From Opitutales bacterium (GTDB taxonomy: Bacteria; Verrucomicrobiota; Verrucomicrobiia; Opitutales; PNEW01), in assembly GCA_965197745.1 (NCBI GenBank), contig CBDANS010000007.1:224001-288000 (forward strand): DNA of 64,000 bases. Reading direction: 5' to 3'. Below, in pieces: positions 10,255 through 19,573 of the stretch (position 1 is the first letter of the stretch; each line of letters starts with the position of its first letter). Position numbers and translations under genes: made by a program. Under the pieces are notes generated by a model. The model searched no databases, was not told the DNA's origin, and saw only the letters and a program-made list of their open reading frames with translations.

Positions 10255-11754
10255 TCAAGTGTTACAATGTATAAGAAGCAGATCTATCTTGGGATCTTTA
10301 TTTCCCAGGGAAATGGCATCGCCCACCGTTAAATAGCGTTCATTGGAGATCAATTCGTGGTTAAGGTAGGTTGTTTCGCGATTATCGGTTTCGATCTTAA
10401 TCCCCTTCTTTTCATTATAAATACGACAATGGTGCTTTTCTATACCCTGATTAGAGGATGACAATCGAAGACCGTTTTGTTTATCGGGAATATCAGTGCC
10501 TATCTCAAAATGATCATTGCCTAAAGGATAAGCAATCCCTTCATAGACGATGTGTGTCGGCCGTAGACTTATTTCATCACTGCTCGAATCATTTGTGGTT
10601 TCATCGCCCGCGATCGAATCCTCTTTGATCTCCAGAGGGGGAGTGTTAAATGCTGGCTGGTCAACGGGTATGCGTGTAATGACCGGGGTGTGATCGAGGT
10701 CATCGACAAGAGGAATATCGCCGGCGTATGCCGTTGCTCCAAAAGCGGCGGAAGCAATATCCAAATGAATGAGCTGACATTCAGTGCCTGAACCCAGTTT
10801 TTCAGAGAGACCTGGAACGCGTGATACGCGCTCAGTCAAATAAAGTTTCATTGGGCCGAGGCCAGCGGTGGAGACCGCTTTTTTTACAAATTGAAGGATG
10901 GAGTCATTGACTGTATCAAGATGCCTGGCCAAAGAATCGCGTGTGACTACCATCTGCCGTGGGCGTTTGAGACCTCCAAGTTCTAAGGCGCATTCAGGTG
11001 CGGTTCGTAAGGCATCGATGAGACGCCGGATCTGGTTATAGAATGCCTGTTCAGTGTTGGCATCGTGAGTGACGTCAAAAGCGGTCTGACTTAGAAAACG
11101 ATTGGCCAATTTTGGCATGAGTTCATTTATTATTTGATTATTTCCGATATCGGAAGAATGCAAGAGGTGTTGGCGTTCTATTACCGCACCCACTTTTATA
11201 ATAGATACAAGGACCGCGTGTTGGTGAATGTCCAGATGCAAGGCGGTAAAGGGGAGATCACGCATCGCATGAAGTTGAGGAATGAGTGAGGCACAGGCCA
11301 TGTCTACGATACCGGCCAGAGGTATTTGTAGATCATGCACCATGCTTAAAATAAGCCCGATTTCCAATTCCTCTTCACTATCATCAGCAAGATATTGTCC
11401 GGGCAGGGCAAAAATAACTTTTTCCGCGGGAAGCCCGCTACTGTTTAGTCGCTGCCAAAGATGTTTTAAGTGATGGAATGCCAATTCAGAGTATAATGGA
11501 ATTTTATCACCTTCGGCGATGCTTGAGGAGCGAAGTGAGAGCAGATCCCAACAAGTATCGGTGACATTACGCGGGTGAATTCGCGATTGCCCTTCAGCTT
11601 CTCTCCCGGTTATATAACGGTTTCCTTTGAAGTAAACAAAACCCGGACTTGAGGGACCGTCATCTTCGAGTGGGATTAGACGTTCCTGACCGGCTACCCG
11701 TGAAGCCGCTAAAAAACCTTCATCACAAAATTCCAGACCGAGCGTATTAATCAT
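10255..11754 (-). CDS. Degenerate Hsp70/actin-like ATPase domain fused to a C-terminal FHA-like domain
   Basis: Segments collinear with the Hsp70 NBD (LGLEFCD, SSPGFV, VIFALPGQY, LHLDI, RVSRVPGL, AAFGA). C-terminal FEIG...HHCRI...TYLN...LTVGDAISLG. Confidence 0.6.
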   Translation of the reverse strand: MINTLGLEFCDEGFLAASRVAGQERLIPLEDDGPSSPGFVYFKGNRYITGREAEGQSRIHPRNVTDTCWDLLSLRSSSIAEGDKIPLYSELAFHHLKHLWQRLNSSGLPAEKVIFALPGQYLADDSEEELEIGLILSMVHDLQIPLAGIVDMACASLIPQLHAMRDLPFTALHLDIHQHAVLVSIIKVGAVIERQHLLHSSDIGNNQIINELMPKLANRFLSQTAFDVTHDANTEQAFYNQIRRLIDALRTAPECALELGGLKRPRQMVVTRDSLARHLDTVNDSILQFVKKAVSTAGLGPMKLYLTERVSRVPGLSEKLGSGTECQLIHLDIASAAFGATAYAGDIPLVDDLDHTPVITRIPVDQPAFNTPPLEIKEDSIAGDETTNDSSSDEISLRPTHIVYEGIAYPLGNDHFEIGTDIPDKQNGLRLSSSNQGIEKHHCRIYNEKKGIKIETDNRETTYLNHELISNERYLTVGDAISLGNKDPKIDLLLIHCNT

Positions 11755-11781
11755 AAAGAAAAGCGAAATAGATTTTGATTA

Positions 11782-12642
11782 TCAGGTAATTGAAATCTCG
11801 CTCTCTTCCTTAAAGGGAATCTTCATGACAGCGAGGAGTTGATTGCGGCAATAATCTTCTGTTTCTAAAATCAGGCTTTCTTGCCGTGACTGCAGGAGGT
11901 GAATAAAGTACATGAGTATGATGCTTAGAAATAAAGCGATAAGGGTAGAATTAAAGGCCAAGCCGAGAGATTCGGTAACCCCTTGAATATCACCTTTGAT
12001 AGCCTGATCAGCCTTGGTAAGTGCTTCACCAATACCCCGCACGGTACCGATAAACCCCACGGAGGGGATAGCCCATGCGATATAGCGGACAAGAGAGAGC
12101 TCGGAATCCAGTCTATCTGATTCCGATTCAGATATTTCTCTAACCGATAGAGAAACATCCTGAATGGAGTGCGAGGAGTGAAATCTCCGAAGAGCGGTGA
12201 GCACCACGCGAGGCAATAGTTTATCTTCGTAATGCGGTATATTGGTGAAACGCATTTCCACTCCTTTGGAGTGAGCAAGCGCTTCTTCAGGGATGATCCT
12301 TTCACCCTTTTCTATATCCAAAAGATTTTCGTTCAGAATCGATTTTTCCTGCCAGACCTGGCGAAGTTTATAAATGACAATCATCATCGCCCAAATTAAA
12401 AGAGTAAAACAAACCTGTTGCTCATAGTCTTTTATAATAATAAAAATTGATCGATCAGGGACAGAAGCTGTATCCGATTGCTGGGCTGCTTTCAATTCGT
12501 TGGCATACATGTCATCCTCTGCACGGGGGCGAATAAAAAATTTATAGGTAAGACCGATCAGGACGATGGAAATCACCAGCCCGGCAAATTGGTAAATATT
12601 CTCTCTGGAAAAAAGGCTGCTTTTTGAATTATTTGCTGGCAT
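11782..12642 (-). CDS. MotA/TolQ/ExbB proton channel family protein
   Basis: RYIAWAIPSVGFIGTVRGI and SLGLAFNSTLIAL TM pair, plus two N-terminal TM helices. Confidence 0.88.
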   Translation of the reverse strand: MPANNSKSSLFSRENIYQFAGLVISIVLIGLTYKFFIRPRAEDDMYANELKAAQQSDTASVPDRSIFIIIKDYEQQVCFTLLIWAMMIVIYKLRQVWQEKSILNENLLDIEKGERIIPEEALAHSKGVEMRFTNIPHYEDKLLPRVVLTALRRFHSSHSIQDVSLSVREISESESDRLDSELSLVRYIAWAIPSVGFIGTVRGIGEALTKADQAIKGDIQGVTESLGLAFNSTLIALFLSIILMYFIHLLQSRQESLILETEDYCRNQLLAVMKIPFKEESEISIT

Positions 12643-13050
12643 GATAATGGGATATGATCGATGAGCTATTGTATCTTCGATTGATCAAATATATATAGTT
12701 AGAGCGCTGAATGTAATATTAGTGCCCAAATATTTAACTTTTATCACTTCTAAAGGTGATAATTAACGCCATAAATTGTTAATAATAAACAATACGGGGT
12801 GGAACAAGTCATTTTTTCCCTTGTCTGATCAGAGATTATCTTTTCAATTGCTTTTCCCACCAGTTTTTACTTGATAAAACAAGGATTCAGTTTTAGAATT
12901 TATGTGCTTATTGGTCATACAAAGTTCAAGTATTGTGATTATTAATTATGACATGATAAACAAGGGAATATTAGGTCTATGAAACGCTCGTATCAAACAC
13001 CTCAATTTACATTCGGACAAGTATTTAAATATCATTTTTAGTTGAAGGTT

Positions 13051-13620
13051 ATGGCTTCTTTTAATCTCGGGAAAAAATTTTTGTTCAGCTCGCTTGTGGT
13101 AGCCATAGCCACCACAACGGGTTGTAATACGACGACACAAACGTCGCGTGGGGCTGTCAAAGGTGGCACTCTTGGAGCGGCGACAGGGGCAATTATTGGT
13201 CACCAAAGTGGTGAAACAGGTGAGGGCGCGGTCATCGGCGCGGCTGCGGGTGCGGTTATCGGTGGATTAATCGGTGCGGCAAAAGAGGCTCAAGAAAGAA
13301 AAGATCAGGAAACACTTGCCCAGCAGAGAGCACACCAGCAAGACCTGGCAAGAATACGTAAGGCGAAAGCAGAAGCCGAAGCATCGCGTCAAAAACAATT
13401 AGCGATTGCCGAAGGTATGAGAATTACTGAAACCGAAGTGAATGAAGCAGAAATTCGAGCGCGTGAAGCAGAGAAAAAACTTAAAGAGCTCCAATCGGAA
13501 TTGGATGCTGCCCTTTCACGCAGTGAAGCTATCGGCGATGCTGAAGGACGTAAACTGGCAGCTGAGGGGGAAATTCTTCGTCTTGAAAAGAAGCTGGAGG
13601 AACTACGGGCCAACAATTAA
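13051..13620 (+). CDS. Glycine-zipper lipoprotein with C-terminal coiled coil
   Basis: Signal peptide with lipobox-like TTGC, GxxxG repeats (GGTLGAATGAIIG, GAVIGAAAGAVIGGLIG), long Ala/Glu/Lys/Arg helical tail. Confidence 0.75.
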   Translation: MASFNLGKKFLFSSLVVAIATTTGCNTTTQTSRGAVKGGTLGAATGAIIGHQSGETGEGAVIGAAAGAVIGGLIGAAKEAQERKDQETLAQQRAHQQDLARIRKAKAEAEASRQKQLAIAEGMRITETEVNEAEIRAREAEKKLKELQSELDAALSRSEAIGDAEGRKLAAEGEILRLEKKLEELRANN

Positions 13621-13683
13621 ATTATTATAGAATACTGATCAGCAGGATACATATTTTTTCATCATAATTATTAGCAGTGCACA

Positions 13684-14409
13684 ATGTGGAAACATAAAAA
13701 CACTATATTCACTTACCTCATTACTTTTATTGCAGCGATTGTTATTAGTGGTTGTAATTCAACCTACTCGTTTAAAGTCGATGCTATAAATAATCCGGAT
13801 CCCACAGTTAAGGAGCTTAAGTCTTATAAAATCGTTAGTTCGAATGCCCAAATTAACGAGGAAGATTTGGAATTTAAGGAAGTTTCTCATTATATTAAGA
13901 CCGCATTATCAGGGAAAGGATATTATGAAGCACCGGATCTCCAGAAAGCCGATATGGTTATCGATGTATCCTATGGGGTGAGCGAACCTCAGACTGATTT
14001 TAAAACAAAGACCAGCCCCATCTATGGTCGTTCAGGCGGAGGGTACCGCTCGATATCTACACCTGTCATAGACAAAAATGGCAAAGTCAGGTATGTGAAT
14101 AGTACAGTTTTTACTCCCCCCCGAGTGGAAATGATCGGTGTCCAGGAACAAATAGTGCCGATCATCACCTATGAAAAGTACCTGAGGATGACATCCCGTG
14201 ATAACCGGGAAGTAGAAAATAATGAAAGTCCGACACAAGTGTGGAGCATTTATGTGAAGAACAAAGATGAAAGTGAGGATTTAAGAAAGTATGTCCCCCT
14301 CATGGCCGCGGCCGCGCTCCCTTACGTTGGAGAGAATACCGAGAACCAGCAGGAGATAAAGATCAAGGAGGAAGATGATATTGTCGACTTTGTAAAGAAA
14401 GGTTTATAA
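13684..14409 (+). CDS. Uncharacterised lipoprotein (DUF4136-like)
   Basis: Lipobox ISGC, ALSGKGY, ADMVIDVSYG, QVW motif; DUF assignment by resemblance only. Confidence 0.6.
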   Translation: MWKHKNTIFTYLITFIAAIVISGCNSTYSFKVDAINNPDPTVKELKSYKIVSSNAQINEEDLEFKEVSHYIKTALSGKGYYEAPDLQKADMVIDVSYGVSEPQTDFKTKTSPIYGRSGGGYRSISTPVIDKNGKVRYVNSTVFTPPRVEMIGVQEQIVPIITYEKYLRMTSRDNREVENNESPTQVWSIYVKNKDESEDLRKYVPLMAAAALPYVGENTENQQEIKIKEEDDIVDFVKKGL

Positions 14410-14454
14410 GGGAAGAAAATACTCAATTGCGACCCTCTCATAAATTAATTTATG

Positions 14455-14491
14455 ACAAGCGAACCCAGATCTCGGGTTCGCTTGTTTATTA
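14455..14491 (+). terminator. Rho-independent terminator
   Basis: Perfect 12-bp stem ACAAGCGAACCC / GGGTTCGCTTGT with a 7-nt loop, followed by a T-rich tail, about 45 nt after the stop at 14409. Confidence 0.8.
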
Positions 14492-14584
14492 TTAGCGCCA
14501 ATGAAATCCGGGGAGACGATTCAAAGGTCGCAGAGAAGATAACATTGGCATTTCTTTATAAGAAAAATTGATCTCAATTTACTC

Positions 14585-15088
14585 ATGGAAGAAGATGAAA
14601 TATTTGATGTGGTCGACGAAAAAGATTCGGTAATAGGGCAGGAGTCACGTGCGGTGGTCCACCGAATGAAGTTATTGCACCGTGCCGTCCATATTTTAAT
14701 ATTTAATTCCCAGGGGCAGATTTTTTTGCAAAAACGATCCATGCAAAAAGATAATTTCCCAGGTTTGTGGGACTCGTCAGCGGCAGGTCATCTGGATACT
14801 GGTGAAAATTACGAAGCGGCTTGTATTCGCGAGGTAGGAGAAGAGCTTGGGATACAATGTGAAATCCCTCCCGAGAAGCTCTTCAAAATTGATGCCTGTT
14901 CTCAAACAGGACAAGAATTTGTCTGGGTCTATCGTATCAACCACAACGGTCCCTTTATCCTTCACCCTGAAGAAATAGATTATGGTGATTGGCTTGATTG
15001 TGATGAAGTCACCGCCTGGATAAAAGAAAAGCCCGAGGATTTTGCCAGCGCTTTTATTTATATATGGGAATTATATATAAAGAGATAA
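14585..15088 (+). CDS. NUDIX hydrolase, isopentenyl-diphosphate isomerase/YfcD-like
   Basis: LLHRAVHI, LQKRS, PGLWD, Nudix box GHLDTGENYEAACIREVGEELG. Confidence 0.85.
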   Translation: MEEDEIFDVVDEKDSVIGQESRAVVHRMKLLHRAVHILIFNSQGQIFLQKRSMQKDNFPGLWDSSAAGHLDTGENYEAACIREVGEELGIQCEIPPEKLFKIDACSQTGQEFVWVYRINHNGPFILHPEEIDYGDWLDCDEVTAWIKEKPEDFASAFIYIWELYIKR

Positions 15089-15197
15089 CATCAATATTCT
15101 CGCCCCCAAAGATTTATATGCTAAAGACTCCTTGCCTATATGAAAATATTTTAAGCGTTAGCACCTGCAACTATGAGACGATTATAGTCGTTGAGAA

Positions 15198-16472
15198 ATG
15201 GATTTTGAAATAAATATCTGGGCACTCTGGATCCTCTGGTCGCTTCAGGGGCTATTCGGTTGGTTTAATGTTTTTATGTACCGAAAAAGAATGAGGTGGC
15301 AGGATGAACGTCTGGAAGCACAACTCGATAAACCGCCTCACCCGGCAGCTTTATTATCGCCAATGAAAGGGGTGCGCCACAATTTCGAACCTTATATAAA
15401 TGGATTGCTCAATCAGGATTATCCGGACTACCAGCTGATTTTCTCTGTTGAGTCAACACGCGAACCCCTTTACACCAAGCTTAGAGACAGGTTGGGGCTG
15501 AGCGATGAAAAATTAATCTGGAACCCAGGATTGGAGGCCGCCCCCGTGGGATCACCGGTGGTCTCGTCCGGGTTAAAGCGGGTGCAAATAGTCGTTGCCG
15601 GGATTTGTGAAACCGGCGCTCAAAAGGTGCATAATCAGCTCCAGGCATTAAAGGAGTTGCGCGAAGAAGATGCGCTTATCGCTGCTTGTGATGCTGATAT
15701 TCTACCCCCATTTGATTTGTTGGGAAAGCTACTCAAACCACTTAACCAGGGAACCCACATCGCATCGACCGGGTACCGTTGGATTATTCCTATGAACCAA
15801 AGACTCAGTGTGCTGACTGCAACCGTCATCAATGGATCGGTAGCTACGATGGGGGGGCCGGAGTGGTGTAACCTAATGTGGGGTGGGGCACACGCCTTAA
15901 CGAGGGAATTTCACGAAGAAATAAATCTATCTGAAAAATTTGTGGGCGCTTTTAATGATGACTTACAGACGGCCCACCACGTACGTAAAGAAGGTAAAAA
16001 AATTGCCTACATAAGGTCTCTCATGCTGCCCAGTCCCGAGGATTATGACTGGTCCATGATGTTTGAGTTTGGTTGGCGGCAATATTTTCATGTACGGGTA
16101 TATGCACCCTGGGCCTGGTGGTCGGGGCTATTTATTACGACCCTGTATCTCTGGGGATTGATCACCGCCTGGGGCGCATTAATGACGGGAAATCTGAAAG
16201 CCTTTATCCCCATTGCTCTCGTCTTTGTGCTTAATGAAATGCGCGCCCATGAGCGGATTCAATTGATTAAAATATTGTTCTCACCTGAGCATATAGAGGC
16301 GTTGAAACCCACTTTTTCCCTGGAACGATTTGGCACATTTTTCTGGATGTTCGTCCATTTCCTCACCGTCTGCCGTTCTGGAATGGGGCGGATCGTTACC
16401 TGGTCCGGCATTACTTACCGCGTTACCGGAAGACAAAAAACTGAAGTAATTTTAAGGAAGGAAATAAGTTAA
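15198..16472 (+). CDS. Membrane glycosyltransferase, GT2/GT21 (ceramide glucosyltransferase/HpnI-like)
   Basis: N-terminal TM, PMKG, QDYP, KVHN, DAD, DD, WRQ motif, C-terminal TMs and WSGITY. Confidence 0.75.
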   Translation: MDFEINIWALWILWSLQGLFGWFNVFMYRKRMRWQDERLEAQLDKPPHPAALLSPMKGVRHNFEPYINGLLNQDYPDYQLIFSVESTREPLYTKLRDRLGLSDEKLIWNPGLEAAPVGSPVVSSGLKRVQIVVAGICETGAQKVHNQLQALKELREEDALIAACDADILPPFDLLGKLLKPLNQGTHIASTGYRWIIPMNQRLSVLTATVINGSVATMGGPEWCNLMWGGAHALTREFHEEINLSEKFVGAFNDDLQTAHHVRKEGKKIAYIRSLMLPSPEDYDWSMMFEFGWRQYFHVRVYAPWAWWSGLFITTLYLWGLITAWGALMTGNLKAFIPIALVFVLNEMRAHERIQLIKILFSPEHIEALKPTFSLERFGTFFWMFVHFLTVCRSGMGRIVTWSGITYRVTGRQKTEVILRKEIS

Positions 16473-16474
16473 TT

Positions 16475-19400
16475 TTATATAGGGATATGCGTTTGTTTAT
16501 TATAGTCGCGAAAATCCACGCGGAAAAGAATAGCGTAGAGAACGGGAACAATCCCGAGGACGAGCAAAGTTGCGAACAATAATCCAAAAATAATCGCGGC
16601 TGCCATGGGTTGAAAAGTAGGGTTTCCTCTGAAGTATAGAGGGATAATACCGCCTATAGTCGTTATCGTAGTGAGGAGGATGGGGCGCACCCTGTTGAGT
16701 GACGCTTCGACGATGCTGTCCTGAGGCGAAAGTCCTCTCAAGTCGTTATTGATGCGGATACGGTCGATAAGAATGATCGCATTATTTACGACAATACCGA
16801 TGAGAGAGACTACGCCGACAAGAGTCATAAAGCCGAAAGGTTGTCGCGTAATTATTAAGCCGATTACGACACCGATGAGTCCCATCGGAACCGCGGACAT
16901 TATTATAAAAGTGCGCCGAAAAGATCGTGTCTGGCGTATGAGAAGAAGGACGATCAAAAAAGCGGTCCAGGGCAGCTTGTTGATAATAGACTTGTTGGCC
17001 CTTGCAGACTCCTCGCTCTCACCGCTAATGAGGATACTGTATTCATCTCCCCATGTATCTTTCTGCATTTTTATCCACTGCGTTAATTGTTTATCTATTT
17101 CTTTAGGATCGGCATTTTCTCGCAAGTCAGCTCGCACCGTAACCATTCGCTGATAATGTCGCCTGACGATTGAAATCGTCTCGCGGACTTCTTCTATTTC
17201 CGCTATGTCTCCAAGGGTAACGGTTGTCCCTGGTTTGATTCTTGAGTGAATATTCAGCGCTTTTATTTTTTCTATCTCGTTGTCACTGTCGACCATGGCG
17301 TGGACATTGATAGGGATAATCATGGTCCCATCGCGTATACTGTTAGCGGGGATGCCTGTGAGCAGGGATTGTAATGAAATCGCGACATCAAAGTGGGTGA
17401 TACGGGAGCGAAAAGCTTCCATTTCATTGATGACGACGCGGTATTTCTTTACCGGAGGCCCCCAATCATCATGTATATTGTAGATCCCTTGTAATGCGCC
17501 AAGTTTGTCTTTTACCTCATCGACAATATTGAACATCCCATCAATATCCTCTCCCAAGACACGAACTTTGATAGGATATCCAACGGTGGGGCCCGATTCC
17601 AGGGCACGGGCTCGAATTTGAGCCTCGGGTAATAAGGCAGTGCAATATTCCTCTATCTTATTGATCATCTCCGGGATCAGTTTAATCGACGTCAGGTTGA
17701 AGAGAAAGTAAGCATATTCGGGTTTACGTTCTACGGTTCGATGGTTAAGAATGAACCGTGGTGCATTTCTACCAATAAAAGTCGCCCAATTGGTAATACC
17801 TTGCCCGTCGTTTAAATCGGCGAGGAGATCTGATTCTACATAGGCGTCTATTGAACTTACAGCTTTATGTGTATATTCTATGTCTGTGCCCGCGGGAAAT
17901 TCAACTTCCAGGGTGATTATCGGTCTGTCCGAAGGAGGAAAAAATATTTTTGGGATATAGCGGAAACAATATAATGAACCCAAAAATAAAAGAAGGGTGA
18001 GGGTCACAACGAGAAAGGGACGGGGCAACATACAAAGGAGAATATGGTGATACCAACGGTAACCCGGTTTTTCCAATAATGTTTTCACTTTGTGCGGTTT
18101 AACTTTAAAAAGTGAAACTGAGAGTAAAGGGGTTAAAGTGAATGCGAATAAAGTTGAACAAAGAAGGGTTATCGCAACGACCGTAAAAAGAGATGAGACA
18201 TATTCCCCCGCGTTTGATTCTGCCAGATAGATGGGAAGAAATCCGGACAATGTGCTTAAGGCCGCCGTAATGAGAGGACTATGTAACTCTTGAGGCGATT
18301 TTTCAGCTGCAACCATGGGTGCTTCACCGCGTTCACGCAGGGTTATAATGCGCTCGGAGATGACAATATGCGTATCGACGATGATTCCGAAAACGAGAAT
18401 GAAAGCAGCAAGAGCGACAAGGTTTAAATTCATATTACAACCCAGCATTACGACGAGCGAGGAGAGAAAAGCCAACGGCATCATACTGGCAACAATCGAG
18501 CCGGTGCGCACACCGAGGGCAATCATAAGAATTAACATTACGATAACGAGACTTTGTGCGAGATTACCGAAAAAAGAGTTAATACGATTAGCCACACGCT
18601 CTGGTTCGAAGGCGATAAAGTCTAACTCCACACCATCCGGGACCTTGGCCGAAAAAGTTTTTATCAAGGCTTTAACTTCCTGCCCCATCTTTTCTATATT
18701 TCCGCCACTCTTCATGGAAACTGCGAGGCCCATGCAGCGTACCCCTGAAGATTTCATTATACTGTTCGGTGGTTGGTTCAGTTTACGGGTAACCTCAACC
18801 AGATCGCCAAGATAATAGGATTCTTCTTCATCGGGGAGGATAACTTCAAGATTCTGAATATCCTCTACAGATGTCAGCTCACTACTCAACTCCACGGGGT
18901 GCCTCAAATCCCCTTCCAGAATGCTTCCTCCTGGAGCTATCACATTCTGGGCTTCAAGATACATTTTCAATTGGTATGGGGATACTCCTGCCTCAGCCAT
19001 GTCGGTATCGTAAAAATCGACATATATTTTCTCTTCCTGGTCACCCAGGGAGATTACTTGAGATACATTACCGAGACGAAGTAATTTATCGTGGACCTCT
19101 TCGGTGAGTTTTTTTAATTTTGCATAGGTGATATCTTTTCCTGAAACGGTAACAATTGTGCCGTAAACCTCACCATACTCGTCGTTCAAAACAGGTTCCT
19201 GTACCCCTTCAGGCAAATCACTTTTTACCCGATCAATTTTGCGTTGTAACCGTGACCAGATAGGACGCATTTTCTGGTGGCGATCCGCTATTTTGACTAA
19301 AATTATCGAAGCATTTTTTCTTGAGATACTGTGCGCAAACTCCACTTCCGGCACTTCCCTTACCGCTTCTTCGATTTTCCGTGAAACCAAGCTCTCGACT

Positions 19401-19573
19401 CTTTGAGCTGATGCACCGGGATATATAGTGACAATTAAGGTGTATCGAAAGACGATTGGTGGGTCTTCAGTACGCGGCAACTGCATAAAAGCAATAATTC
19501 CCCCTATAAATAAAAAAAATGAGGTCAAAAGAGTGAATCTTGCCTCTTTCAGCGCAATAACCGTAAGTTTCAT
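16475..19573 (-). CDS. RND efflux transporter permease (AcrB/AcrD/AcrF family)
   Basis: YPGAS...VE, GIIVD in TM4, FFPPSD, GIVVNNAI, RVRPILLTT; about 1030 aa; start placed at ATG 19573. Confidence 0.92.
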   Translation of the reverse strand: MKLTVIALKEARFTLLTSFFLFIGGIIAFMQLPRTEDPPIVFRYTLIVTIYPGASAQRVESLVSRKIEEAVREVPEVEFAHSISRKNASIILVKIADRHQKMRPIWSRLQRKIDRVKSDLPEGVQEPVLNDEYGEVYGTIVTVSGKDITYAKLKKLTEEVHDKLLRLGNVSQVISLGDQEEKIYVDFYDTDMAEAGVSPYQLKMYLEAQNVIAPGGSILEGDLRHPVELSSELTSVEDIQNLEVILPDEEESYYLGDLVEVTRKLNQPPNSIMKSSGVRCMGLAVSMKSGGNIEKMGQEVKALIKTFSAKVPDGVELDFIAFEPERVANRINSFFGNLAQSLVIVMLILMIALGVRTGSIVASMMPLAFLSSLVVMLGCNMNLNLVALAAFILVFGIIVDTHIVISERIITLRERGEAPMVAAEKSPQELHSPLITAALSTLSGFLPIYLAESNAGEYVSSLFTVVAITLLCSTLFAFTLTPLLSVSLFKVKPHKVKTLLEKPGYRWYHHILLCMLPRPFLVVTLTLLLFLGSLYCFRYIPKIFFPPSDRPIITLEVEFPAGTDIEYTHKAVSSIDAYVESDLLADLNDGQGITNWATFIGRNAPRFILNHRTVERKPEYAYFLFNLTSIKLIPEMINKIEEYCTALLPEAQIRARALESGPTVGYPIKVRVLGEDIDGMFNIVDEVKDKLGALQGIYNIHDDWGPPVKKYRVVINEMEAFRSRITHFDVAISLQSLLTGIPANSIRDGTMIIPINVHAMVDSDNEIEKIKALNIHSRIKPGTTVTLGDIAEIEEVRETISIVRRHYQRMVTVRADLRENADPKEIDKQLTQWIKMQKDTWGDEYSILISGESEESARANKSIINKLPWTAFLIVLLLIRQTRSFRRTFIIMSAVPMGLIGVVIGLIITRQPFGFMTLVGVVSLIGIVVNNAIILIDRIRINNDLRGLSPQDSIVEASLNRVRPILLTTITTIGGIIPLYFRGNPTFQPMAAAIIFGLLFATLLVLGIVPVLYAILFRVDFRDYNKQTHIPI

